DNA from: a virus
Taxonomy: Duplodnaviria; Caudoviricetes
Strand: one strand, 5' to 3'
DNA: 35,762 nt
IMG/VR virus record: IMGVR_UViG_3300011403_000025
Coordinates: 1 to 35,762 of that record
Under the pieces are notes generated by a model that was not told the DNA's origin, made no database searches, and worked only from the letters and a program-made list of their open reading frames with translations. The translations under genes and the position numbers were made by a program. Below, piece after piece: positions 7,165 to 15,033 of this stretch. Position 1 is the stretch's first letter; every line of letters begins with the position of its first letter.

Positions 7165-7230
7165 GCTGCCTGAGCAGCACTTGATCGTTCGAACGGCCCT
7201 CACCTTTACCGGTGGGGGCCGTTCTACGTT
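7165..7230 (+). ncRNA. Candidate small RNA of about 60 nt ending in a 14-bp hairpin
   Basis: Promoter upstream; hairpin gaacggccctcacc-tttacc-ggtgggggccgttc at 7191-7224; no credible ORF. Confidence 0.35.
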
Positions 7231-7329
7231 ACGCCTCGCGTCGTGCCGCGTCAACGTCAAGTCGGGGTTGAGGGTGGACGGGTGGGGGGGTGGCGGGTAG
7301 GGTGAGGGTTCGTCGTATCGGACGCGGCA

Positions 7330-7358
7330 ACGCCCCGGGAGGGAGAACCCCGGGGCGT
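7330..7358. terminator. GC-rich hairpin (10-bp perfect stem) after the last early gene
   Basis: acgccccggg-9nt-cccggggcgt, about 35 nt past the stop at 7395. Confidence 0.55.
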
Positions 7359-7394
7359 CTGTCGTTGGGCCGCCTGCCACCTAGCGGTGACAGC

Positions 7395-7787
7395 CTAGTC
7401 GGTGCCCTCGTCTCGGATCAGCTCGGCGATCTGTTGCAACCCGAGCCACGTCTCGTCGATGGTGCGCCCCAACTTGGCTGCCAGGGTCGTGAGGGTTCCC
7501 ATCGTTATGCCGTTGAACCGGTCGGGAAGCGATTTCCACGCGACCGAGCCGTATCCGAAGATCACCATCGCGACCCCGCGCCGGCTCAGTGGCTGCCTGC
7601 CGGTTCCCTCGCAGTAGGGGCAGACCGGCTCAGCCGGCCCGAGTAGTTGACGGGCGAAGTCGAGAGCGTCGGTCGCCTCGATCAGCCGCACCGGTGTCTG
7701 CGCCGTGGTGCCGCTGGCTGCGTGTTTCGGGACAGCGACGACGGTCTTCGGGTAGAGACGCTCGTCACGCGTCGACGGGCGATGCAC
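7395..7787 (-). CDS. Hypothetical protein (CPYCEGTG zinc motif, possible C-terminal HTH)
   Basis: Coding-like ORF directly after the upstream stop. Confidence 0.6.
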   Translation of the reverse strand: MHRPSTRDERLYPKTVVAVPKHAASGTTAQTPVRLIEATDALDFARQLLGPAEPVCPYCEGTGRQPLSRRGVAMVIFGYGSVAWKSLPDRFNGITMGTLTTLAAKLGRTIDETWLGLQQIAELIRDEGTD

Positions 7788-7790
7788 GGT

Positions 7791-7997
7791 TCAGCCGCCC
7801 TCTGCCGTGAGTCGCAGGACCGCCTCGAGTTCAGCGACACGCCGGGTGCAGGGTCGGCAGTAGCGGCGGGGTTGCCGCCAGATGGGGTCACCGCAGATGT
7901 GGCAGCGGGTGGATGGTGGCCGGGTGCCGGCGATGCGGTCGAGGCGGGGGATCAGGTCTCGGGCCAGCGAGTCGAGCAGCTCATAGGAGACGGTCAT
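7791..7997 (-). CDS. Small zinc-finger protein
   Basis: CHICG...YCRPC; ATGA coupling. Confidence 0.65.
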   Translation of the reverse strand: MTVSYELLDSLARDLIPRLDRIAGTRPPSTRCHICGDPIWRQPRRYCRPCTRRVAELEAVLRLTAEGG

Positions 7998-8356
7998 TCG
8001 TCGCCCGTCTCCAGCCACAGCTTCCAGTACATGACCGGAACAGGGATGGCCCGGGCGGCCGCCATCTCCGCTCGGGCACCGGACGACGCCTCTGCACCGG
8101 GTAGGTAGGCGAGCCCTTCGGCGTGGAGGCACAGCCACTCGAGGTCGGCGGCGAGCACCTGCCGCCGGTCGTAGGGTTCGTCGCCGGTGGCGCCGTCGAT
8201 GGTGAGCCCCATGACCCGGTCGCGTTCGGGTGGGTTGAACACTTCGTAGCCGGCGCCTCGGAGTCTGGCGGCGGCTACGTCGAACGCGGGGGCGTTGAAG
8301 TCGGCGATCCCGGTCATCGGGCCAGCCAGGTAAAGCCGGTGCGGCCGGTCACTCAT
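7994..8356 (-). CDS. DUF4406 / nucleoside 2-deoxyribosyltransferase-like protein
   Basis: LYLAGPMTGIADFNAPAF...VFNP...LPGAEASSGARAE signature. Confidence 0.85.
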   Translation of the reverse strand: MSDRPHRLYLAGPMTGIADFNAPAFDVAAARLRGAGYEVFNPPERDRVMGLTIDGATGDEPYDRRQVLAADLEWLCLHAEGLAYLPGAEASSGARAEMAAARAIPVPVMYWKLWLETGDE

Positions 8357-9063
8357 TCGAGGTCCCCGATGTCGGGGTCGACACCGAACAGGATCACATC
8401 GGAGAACAGCCGCCGACACAGCTCCGTCGCCGCGCGGGCCCAGAGCATCGCCTGCGTGTACGACTCCCACGGCAACGGGGACCCTGTGCTCGACCGGGCC
8501 CGGGCGGTGCCTTCGTCGGTGATGGTGGCGAGCCCTGCTCGGGCGGCGTCCTCGAGGGTCCACACCACAGTGATCGTCTCCCCGGTGTCGCCGCGGGTGC
8601 CGACCAGCTCCGCCCGTTTGGCGTCGGCGGTGCCTTCGACCCGGTGCTTGGCACGCCGCACCATCCCCAACTGCAAACTGGCAGACAGGTTGGGGCGCCC
8701 CTGAATGATCGTGATTTCCCGCAGTGACGCCATCGCGTCTACACCGAGTTCACGGCCGGTGAGGATCGCTGCCATCACCGCCGCCGGGTTGTTGCGCATC
8801 GCTTTGGGCACGAACTCGGTTCGGGCGAGCCCTTCCCCGAGCCGTTTGGCGACGTCGAGGGCGTCGGCGGTGACCCCTCCGGCGACGTGGCGGGCCAGTT
8901 CCCCGCGTGACCCCACCGGTGGCGCCGGCGGTTCGGGTTTGCTGGTGTCGGGTTCGTCGACGGGTTCAGCGTCGATGACCTCCACGTCCACCGGGTCGAG
9001 TGGCACCCCGGCGTCCGATGGCGCGTCGACCACTTCGTCGAGGGTGGGTTGCTTATCAGCCAT
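8353..9063 (-). CDS. RecT/Redbeta-like single-strand annealing protein
   Basis: FVPKAMRNNPAAVMAAILTGRELGV...IIQGRP...WESYTQAMLWARA...CRRLFSDV. Confidence 0.8.
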   Translation of the reverse strand: MADKQPTLDEVVDAPSDAGVPLDPVDVEVIDAEPVDEPDTSKPEPPAPPVGSRGELARHVAGGVTADALDVAKRLGEGLARTEFVPKAMRNNPAAVMAAILTGRELGVDAMASLREITIIQGRPNLSASLQLGMVRRAKHRVEGTADAKRAELVGTRGDTGETITVVWTLEDAARAGLATITDEGTARARSSTGSPLPWESYTQAMLWARAATELCRRLFSDVILFGVDPDIGDLE

Positions 9064-9268
9064 GTGACGCCTCCGTTGGGGTCGTTGCATCGTCGGGGTA
9101 CCTGGTGGCGCCCTTGAACGCGCCCCACGGCCACCAGTAGACGTGGGCGTCCTCGGCATACAAGTCGCACCAGCGGCGGGCCGACAACTCGTCGTCGAAC
9201 AACGCCAACGGGTAGTCGCGTAGGTCGAACCCGATCACGACCCACGCCCCGTCCGCGCACTCGTTCAC
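9056..9268 (-). CDS. Hypothetical protein
   Basis: GTGA-coupled ORF VNECADGAWVVIGFD... filling the gap between the exonuclease and annealase genes. Confidence 0.6.
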   Translation of the reverse strand: MNECADGAWVVIGFDLRDYPLALFDDELSARRWCDLYAEDAHVYWWPWGAFKGATRYPDDATTPTEASHG

Positions 9269-10113
9269 GACGTCACCGCCATTCCGAGATGCCGGGCGAG
9301 CACGGTGACGGCGTCCATGATCCCGACGAGCGACGACAGCGGCGGCGGATGAGCGGCCCAGTCGGCCTCGGTCGTCCACTGCGTCTCGTCGGCGAACGCC
9401 GTGTATTCGGTGGCGCCGGTTTCGGTGAGATGCAGCACCGCCCCGAACGTCGGGGTGCCGTACTCGTGCCCGATGTCGCACGCCGCATACGCGGCGACCT
9501 GCAACGGGTTCTCCGGGTACAAGGCACCGGTGCGGGCGTTGACGACGCTGCGCCCCGTCTTGATGTCGATCACACCAACCTCGTCGGCCTGGTCGCGGAC
9601 GAGCACGTCGAGTGTGCCCGCCCACCCGTGAGCCAACGACGCGACCGGGATCTCCTGGCCGATGACGACGTAGTTGGAGTCCTCGACCCACTGCCACCAC
9701 GACTGCACGATCGCGGCGACCTGCTGATCCTCGACCTCGTGCGCCGGGACTTCGGCGGCGATGAGACGATGCGCCTCGCTGCCACGGGCCGCCGCTTTGT
9801 CACGGTGCCGCCACGGGGCACCCTTCGCGATGTCAACCGCCGCCTGCGGGTCACCCTCAGCCAGGGTGGCCATGGTGTCCATGTTCTCGACCACCCAGCG
9901 GGCGGTAGCCGCGGCCGCCCACCCCACCAGGGCCGGTTTGTTGATGGCCCGGAGCAGGGTCGTCACCGACGGGAGCATCAGCTCACCACCGGGGACGTCG
10001 TCACCGGTGACCCGGTACACGTGCTTGCCGCCGGTGGCGATCACCAGTTCGACGCGGTTCGGCCAGTCGTCCTGCGGTGTCTCCTGATCGAAGTCGTCTG
10101 TGACAGTGGTCAT
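9265..10113 (-). CDS. PD-(D/E)xK exonuclease (RecE/Cas4-like)
   Basis: PSVTTLL...RGSEAH...WAGTLD...VIDIKTG...LQVAAY; RBS GGAGG. Confidence 0.88.
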   Translation of the reverse strand: MTTVTDDFDQETPQDDWPNRVELVIATGGKHVYRVTGDDVPGGELMLPSVTTLLRAINKPALVGWAAAATARWVVENMDTMATLAEGDPQAAVDIAKGAPWRHRDKAAARGSEAHRLIAAEVPAHEVEDQQVAAIVQSWWQWVEDSNYVVIGQEIPVASLAHGWAGTLDVLVRDQADEVGVIDIKTGRSVVNARTGALYPENPLQVAAYAACDIGHEYGTPTFGAVLHLTETGATEYTAFADETQWTTEADWAAHPPPLSSLVGIMDAVTVLARHLGMAVTS

Positions 10114-10310
10114 AGCTGCACCTCCAACGTCTCGACGAGCGTCTCCCACGCGGAGTACGTGTCGTCGATCGACGCGTGCTCGGCGACTGCGACCTTGGCG
10201 AGTTGGCGAACGCTCATCACGGCGACCGCCTGCCGTATCGTCCCGAGATTGTCGGCGCGGCCGTATTCCACCAGCGCCCCGACGAGCACCCTCGTTTCTA
10301 GTGCCAGCAT
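10110..10310 (-). CDS. Hypothetical protein
   Basis: TGATG and ATGA coupling on both sides. Confidence 0.6.
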   Translation of the reverse strand: MLALETRVLVGALVEYGRADNLGTIRQAVAVMSVRQLAKVAVAEHASIDDTYSAWETLVETLEVQL

Positions 10311-10501
10311 CACAGACCTGCGAACGGGTCGGCGGGACGCTCGTTGATCAGCTTCGCGACCTCTTTGGCGAGGGCGAGCCCGGTGTGACCGGCCGTTTCC
10401 CTCGGGAACCGTCGCAGCACCGACCCGACCCTGACCGGTGCCGTCTCGTTGTTGTCGGGGAACGCGGCCGCCATCGTGACGACCTGCTCTGAGTGTCGCA
10501 T
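10310..10501 (-). CDS. Hypothetical protein, first gene of the recombination operon
   Basis: RBS GGGAGG before ATG, downstream of a consensus promoter. Confidence 0.65.
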   Translation of the reverse strand: MRHSEQVVTMAAAFPDNNETAPVRVGSVLRRFPRETAGHTGLALAKEVAKLINERPADPFAGL

Positions 10502-10539
10502 CGGACCTCCCTGGTGCGGGTGTATTGCGTGTGCCCGTT

Positions 10540-10568
10540 ATGGTACACGTCGCTACAACCTGCGTCAA
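10540..10568 (-). promoter_or_regulatory. Promoter TTGACG-17-TACCAT overlapped by an inverted operator-motif copy
   Basis: Reverse complement ttgacg caggttgtagcgacgtg taccat. Confidence 0.75.
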
Positions 10569-10693
10569 GTGGGGGGAGTGGTCCCGTCGGTGGGTGGATC
10601 AGGTGGCCGCCGGGACGCCACCCACCCGGCCACAGCAGCTACCAGGGCGACACCCAACCCGGGGAGCCACCGCATCCACCGTGGCCGGGTCAC
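10565..10693 (-). CDS. 42-aa single-TM protein (not in the ORF track)
   Basis: VTRPRWMRWLPGLGVALVAAVAGWVASRRPPDPPTDGTTPPT; GTGA coupling. Confidence 0.55.
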   Translation of the reverse strand: MTRPRWMRWLPGLGVALVAAVAGWVASRRPPDPPTDGTTPPT

Positions 10694-10995
10694 GTCAACG
10701 CCTGACGCAACGCCACAATCTCCGCTTTCAACTCCGCGATCTCCGTCTTCAACGCCGCGATCTCAGCCCGGAGGTCGGCCCGTTCCTGCTGCGACTCCAA
10801 CCTGGCCGCGACCCGGTCCTCGTGCAACGTCTCGATCGTCGCCTCCATCGCCTCCATAGCCTGCGCCACCCCGGCCCGGCCATTCGCCATCACCCCGCTG
10901 CGCTCAGTCACCGCGTCGGTTCGCTTCGATCGCACATAGGCGAACACGGCGACGAGCGCCGCAGTGGCGGCAGCGAGGATCTCAGCCCAACTCAC
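10690..10995 (-). CDS. N-terminal TM + coiled-coil membrane protein (lysis accessory/holin-like)
   Basis: TM followed by heptads LRAEIAALKTEIAELKAEIVAL. Confidence 0.7.
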   Translation of the reverse strand: MSWAEILAAATAALVAVFAYVRSKRTDAVTERSGVMANGRAGVAQAMEAMEATIETLHEDRVAARLESQQERADLRAEIAALKTEIAELKAEIVALRQALT

Positions 10996-11399
10996 CGCTT
11001 ACGCTCCGTCATCGGGTTGATCGGCGGTTCGAGCAGCAGCCACACCTGGATGACGGCGATCGCCACGTACATGATCGGGAGCTGGAACGATGCCTTCCCG
11101 GCGAACACCTGCTCAGTGTTGGCGATCCCCCAGGCGAGCATGACACCGATCGACGCGGTGACCGTGAGACGCACGAGACGCAGGTCACGCACCACGTTGA
11201 GGAACACCAGTTCGCTCACCCCGAGCCCGGCGAACACGGCGCCGACGACCGGGTACGGGACACCGTACGGGGTGAACGTCGGCATGTAGATCCAGAAGTT
11301 GACGGCGAGCGCGACGCTGGCGACCGCGACCGTCATCATCGACCGGTAGAGGCTCGGGTGCGTGCGTCGCAGGTCGACGCGTCGGTTCGGTGCGTTCAC
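10992..11399 (-). CDS. Four-TM membrane protein, holin candidate
   Basis: Four hydrophobic segments and a basic C-terminus; downstream of the lysins. Confidence 0.65.
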   Translation of the reverse strand: MNAPNRRVDLRRTHPSLYRSMMTVAVASVALAVNFWIYMPTFTPYGVPYPVVGAVFAGLGVSELVFLNVVRDLRLVRLTVTASIGVMLAWGIANTEQVFAGKASFQLPIMYVAIAVIQVWLLLEPPINPMTERKR

Positions 11400-11402
11400 C
11401 GC

Positions 11403-11471
11403 TCAGTGTCTCACGATCCAGACGATGAGGGCGATGATCGCCACCACAATGAGGACGGTCACAAGATCCAC
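11403..11471 (-). CDS. 22-aa TM microprotein (not in the ORF track)
   Basis: VDLVTVLIVVAIIALIVWIVRH after RBS GGGGAGG. Confidence 0.55.
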   Translation of the reverse strand: MDLVTVLIVVAIIALIVWIVRH

Positions 11472-11481
11472 CACGCCTCCC

Positions 11482-12564
11482 CTAGTCCTCGAGCGGGTAC
11501 ATGATATCGAGATGGTAGGCGGGGTTCAGCACGTCGTAGTAGACGGCGACGGCGTTGTCGCCGTCGAGCCACGCCCCCACCACGAACCGCTCGTACACGG
11601 TGTGCGGCCCCGAGTCGTAGGCGTCCGGTTTGTTCGGGTTCGGGGTGTCACCTGACACCTGGAACGGGGTCGTCAGATGCTGGATGGGTGAGAACGTGGT
11701 CCCCGGGTCGGCGTTGACCGGGTTCACGTAACCCCGCACTTCGACAACCTGCCCGGTGGCGGTGTGCACCACCCGGATCACCGGGCGACGATCCGGGGGC
11801 TCAGCGGTGGGCCCGATCCACGACGGGCGGGGTGAGTCGCGCAGCTCGCTAGTGGCGGGGCCGACGATGATGCCGCACCCGTGGGCGTCGTTGTTGGGGA
11901 GCCCGGCGGGGGCCACGTCGTAGCGGATGCAGTCGTAGAACCGCTCCGCTTCGTCCATGCCCTGATCCCCGACCTGCACAGCGATGGTGCCGCCGTAGCC
12001 GCCGGCGAACGAGAACCGGAACACCTGGTCGTCGGGTTCGGGGCCGGGCGGGTTGTGGTGGAGGAACCCGTACGCGTACCGGTAAGCGGAGCGGTCCCCG
12101 TCGTCCCACCCGGCACCGGACGACAGCTGGTGGTAGTAGGGCGCTTCCCACATTTTCACGGCGGTGGGTGACCCGAGCCGGCCGATCACGTAGATGTCGT
12201 AGCGGCCACCGGAGATGATCGGGGTTGGGTCGGTGCCGATCGGCGGTTCAGGCGGCTCAGTGGTGGTCGTCGTTGGTGGCGGCTCCGTCGTCGTCGTGGT
12301 GGGTGCCGCGGTCGTTGTGGTGTCCCCACCGGTCGTCGTGGTGTCCCCACCGGTGGTCGTGGTGGCGTCGCCCACAGCTTCCACCGTGACCGGCAACACC
12401 CCGAGCATCGTCGACCCGCCACCCTCCAGAATCCGCACCTGCCCGTCGCCGACAGCCTGCGCGTTCGCCTCATCGGAGACGTCGACGACAGCGACCCCGG
12501 CACCGAGCAGCGCCAGCCCTGCCAACGTCGCGAAGATCACCGACCGTGGGTTGCGGGTTGCCAT
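11482..12564 (-). CDS. Secreted protein with Thr-rich linker and an unrecognised C-terminal domain
   Basis: Signal peptide (ANA|Q), GGDTTTT repeats, RBS AGGAGG. Confidence 0.8.
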   Translation of the reverse strand: MATRNPRSVIFATLAGLALLGAGVAVVDVSDEANAQAVGDGQVRILEGGGSTMLGVLPVTVEAVGDATTTTGGDTTTTGGDTTTTAAPTTTTTEPPPTTTTTEPPEPPIGTDPTPIISGGRYDIYVIGRLGSPTAVKMWEAPYYHQLSSGAGWDDGDRSAYRYAYGFLHHNPPGPEPDDQVFRFSFAGGYGGTIAVQVGDQGMDEAERFYDCIRYDVAPAGLPNNDAHGCGIIVGPATSELRDSPRPSWIGPTAEPPDRRPVIRVVHTATGQVVEVRGYVNPVNADPGTTFSPIQHLTTPFQVSGDTPNPNKPDAYDSGPHTVYERFVVGAWLDGDNAVAVYYDVLNPAYHLDIMYPLED

Positions 12565-12573
12565 CACTGCCTC

Positions 12574-12804
12574 CTAGGCGACGAACACCTTGCAACGGTG
12601 CCCGTGCTCGGCGCCGGTCGAAACGTTCGAGTACCAATTGAAATACCAGATATAAGGGTTCCCGACGACCAGCACCGACCGGTGCGTGTACATCCACGGG
12701 TAGACGGTCCCGAAGTGACACGTCGGGATGTGCGCCTCAGCGGGCGGCGGTGCCGCGGTAACGGATGCTGCGACGATGAGCGCCGCAGCGAGCAGACGTC
12801 TCAT
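12574..12804 (-). CDS. Small secreted peptide (76 aa), paralog of 124-363
   Basis: MRRLLAAALIVAASVTAAPPPAEA|HIPTC...YPW...STGAEHGHRC. Confidence 0.85.
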   Translation of the reverse strand: MRRLLAAALIVAASVTAAPPPAEAHIPTCHFGTVYPWMYTHRSVLVVGNPYIWYFNWYSNVSTGAEHGHRCKVFVA

Positions 12805-12868
12805 CGCTGGTAACCCTAGACGAACCGACCTGCCGAATAGCGGACCTGCGCGCTCAGCGTGGTCGGGG

Positions 12869-13414
12869 TCATGCAAACCGCCTCGGTTCGACATAGCGCG
12901 GGCATCCGGCTGCAAGCAGGGTGCGGTCGTTCGGGATAAGTATTCGAGCCCGACGCTCGTCACGACGCAGCGGATATACCCACCGATCCTTCACCGATTG
13001 CGTTACGCCGTCACGCCATGACCCGTTGCCGGTCGGTGGCGGCCGCAGACGATGCCACGTCGGCGCCCATAGCCAGTTGCACGCGCGATACAGCGCGCCG
13101 GTGTGACCCACTGACGGGTCGCTGTACGACACGACCGTCGTCACGTCCGGGCGCTCGGCGAGCAGGAACCGAGCAATGCGCGACCATTGCCGACTGCCGC
13201 CGTTCTCGACGCCGAGCAGACACCAGCGAGTCAGCTCCAACCAATCAGTCGGGAGATGCCGCGAGGTCGGCGAGGCGAGCACGGCGACGCCGTACTCGTC
13301 AGACCATGCGAAGCCGCGATGAGCGCGCCCGAGATAGTGACGCTCGTCGAGAAAGGCGGCGACGCTCGCCACCGGCAGCGTGCGAGCGTCGAACACGGCC
13401 AGGGTCGCGGTCAT
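12869..13414 (-). CDS. Mom-like GNAT-fold DNA adenine-modification enzyme
   Basis: FLDERHYLG, LELTRWCL, VVSYSDPSVGHTGALYRACNW signature of the Mu Mom family. Confidence 0.8.
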   Translation of the reverse strand: MTATLAVFDARTLPVASVAAFLDERHYLGRAHRGFAWSDEYGVAVLASPTSRHLPTDWLELTRWCLLGVENGGSRQWSRIARFLLAERPDVTTVVSYSDPSVGHTGALYRACNWLWAPTWHRLRPPPTGNGSWRDGVTQSVKDRWVYPLRRDERRARILIPNDRTLLAAGCPRYVEPRRFA

Positions 13415-13415
13415 G

Positions 13416-13937
13416 TCAACACCCGCCGGCCGCTGACCACGCGCCCCACCCCTGAGACGCCCACACGGCCGCGGCGATCTCCATGTTCGTCACCGGGTCG
13501 AACAGCGCCGACGCGGCGACCCCGTAATGGTCGGACCACAGTGGTGTCATCACCTGCATTAGCCCGGTCGCGCCGGACGGGTTGTACGCCGACGGGTTCC
13601 CGCCACTCTCCCCGGCCATCACGCAGAGGGCGAAATCGACCTCGGACGCCGGGAAGTACGCGGCGACGAGTGAGCGCCATTGCTCAACCCCGGACGTGTA
13701 CGACACCGGGACCGGCGCGGCGACGACAACCGGAGGCGGCGCCGTTGTGGTGGTGGTCGTGGTGGGTGGCGGGATCGACTCGAAGTAGCCGCGCTGCCGC
13801 TCACACATCCCGACCTGCACGCACAGCGTGCGGAACCGCACCCATTCACGGTCGATGGTGGGGGGTTCGTGCGGGCCGGGGGCCGGCACCGTTGACGCCG
13901 CCGCGGCCAAGATGACCGCTGCGGCCAGGGCACGCAT
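13416..13937 (-). CDS. Secreted lytic transglycosylase (SLT/Rpf-like) with Thr-rich linker
   Basis: Signal peptide; catalytic ESGGNP...SGATGLMQ; NMEIA...SQGWGAW. Confidence 0.88.
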   Translation of the reverse strand: MRALAAAVILAAAASTVPAPGPHEPPTIDREWVRFRTLCVQVGMCERQRGYFESIPPPTTTTTTTAPPPVVVAAPVPVSYTSGVEQWRSLVAAYFPASEVDFALCVMAGESGGNPSAYNPSGATGLMQVMTPLWSDHYGVAASALFDPVTNMEIAAAVWASQGWGAWSAAGGC

Positions 13938-14842
13938 TACGGGTACGTTATACCGCTGATTTCGATGGTGCCAGTCGCCGACGTCGGGGCCGGCCCCGGA
14001 TCGCCTTTCTCCCCCGGCTTCCCCGGTTCCCCCGGGTCACCCTTCTCGCCCACGCCTGGCGCGCCTGGCGCTCCCGGCGCCCCCGGTTTGCCCGGCGCCC
14101 CCGGGTCACCCTTGTCGCCCTTCTCCCCCGGTGGCCCCTGCACCGCGGTGACGAGAACCTCGGCGACCTTGTCCGTGGACACGTCACCCAGGGACAGCTT
14201 CGACTTCAACGAGCGGAACAGTTGCTCACCGCGGGGCATCTCATTCGCCGCCACCTTGACCTCGACGGCACGGGCGACAATACCCTTCAAGAATGCTTCC
14301 TCTTCCGGTGTGAACTGCGGCATGTCGTCTCCTTCGTAGATCGCTTCGGCTCGGTCGTTGATGCTGCCGATCAGCTCGTGCAGGTTGTCGCCGGGACACG
14401 ACGTCGACCCGTAGTCGCGGTGCCCGCCGGTGAACCCGAGCGGCCACCAGCCCTGCTCATGGCCCCAGGCGACGAGATGCGCGATCCGCTCGAGCAGCAG
14501 TGGCGACGGGGTGTCGCCCTCGTAGTTGCCCATGACGCAGATGGCGTGCGAGTCGTCGTTGTTGTTGAGCGTCGCCGCGCCTTCGACACCGGCGCCGCGT
14601 CCGACGAACAGGTCGACGTCCGGGGAGTCGTTGTCGAACACGTAGTGGTAGGCGATGTCCCGCCAACCCCTCACGTCCATGTGGAACGTCTGGATCGCCC
14701 GCATCGACGGCTCGTCCTGACCGTCCGACGCGGTGTGATGCAGGATGAGCTTCGGGGTTGGGAGCTTGGCGAGCATCGTGACCGACTTCGGCGGGCGGGC
14801 ACCCCACCCGGCGCGGGACACCATGACGGGGGCGGTCACCAT
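13937..14842 (-). CDS. Endolysin: PGRP-like N-acetylmuramoyl-L-alanine amidase with a C-terminal collagen-like domain
   Basis: SRAGWGA, LILHHTA, GWRDIAYH, GHRDYGSTSCPG; 16 Gly-X-Y triplets. Confidence 0.92.
   Translation of the reverse strand: MVTAPVMVSRAGWGARPPKSVTMLAKLPTPKLILHHTASDGQDEPSMRAIQTFHMDVRGWRDIAYHYVFDNDSPDVDLFVGRGAGVEGAATLNNNDDSHAICVMGNYEGDTPSPLLLERIAHLVAWGHEQGWWPLGFTGGHRDYGSTSCPGDNLHELIGSINDRAEAIYEGDDMPQFTPEEEAFLKGIVARAVEVKVAANEMPRGEQLFRSLKSKLSLGDVSTDKVAEVLVTAVQGPPGEKGDKGDPGAPGKPGAPGAPGAPGVGEKGDPGEPGKPGEKGDPGPAPTSATGTIEISGITYP
13988..14137 (-). repeat. Collagen-like Gly-X-Y repeat (9 + 7 triplets with one GV interruption)
   Basis: GPPGEKGDKGDPGAPGKPGAPGAPGAP-GV-GEKGDPGEPGKPGEKGDPGPA. 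Confidence 0.95.
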
Positions 14843-15033
14843 CAGCGGTCACCGCCTCTCGTCTGTGACTGGCCGGCGAGTCGCCGGGCAGGTTCGGTAG
14901 TGGGTGCCCGCCACCCTGGCGCCGCCAGTCGGCAGGGGCCGTCGATCGTCGCCGCGCCACACGACCAGCACACCAGCTCGGTTGTTTGGACGTCACAGGT
15001 CGGGCAGTGGCGCGGCGGCTGACGCACGGTCAT
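14842..15033 (-). CDS. Small zinc-ribbon protein
   Basis: CPTC...CWSCG; coupled at both ends. Confidence 0.6.
   Translation of the reverse strand: MTVRQPPRHCPTCDVQTTELVCWSCGAATIDGPCRLAAPGWRAPTTEPARRLAGQSQTRGGDR

Noticed and set aside
6935-7380. ORFs 6935-7180 and 7051-7380 in the control region
   Set aside because: They have Pro/Arg-rich translations, no RBS or coupling, and overlap hairpins and G-tracts.
9265-10113. Cas4-like nuclease as evidence of a CRISPR system
   Set aside because: No repeat-spacer array or other cas genes were seen; its position beside the RecT-like gene indicates a recombination exonuclease.
10589-10690. Inverted repeats as an ncRNA
   Set aside because: The region is explained by a coupled 42-aa membrane ORF, and such stems are expected at this GC content.
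124-12804. Paralogous peptide genes as a DGR template/variable repeat pair
   Set aside because: There is no reverse transcriptase, and the differences are not adenine-restricted and include indels.
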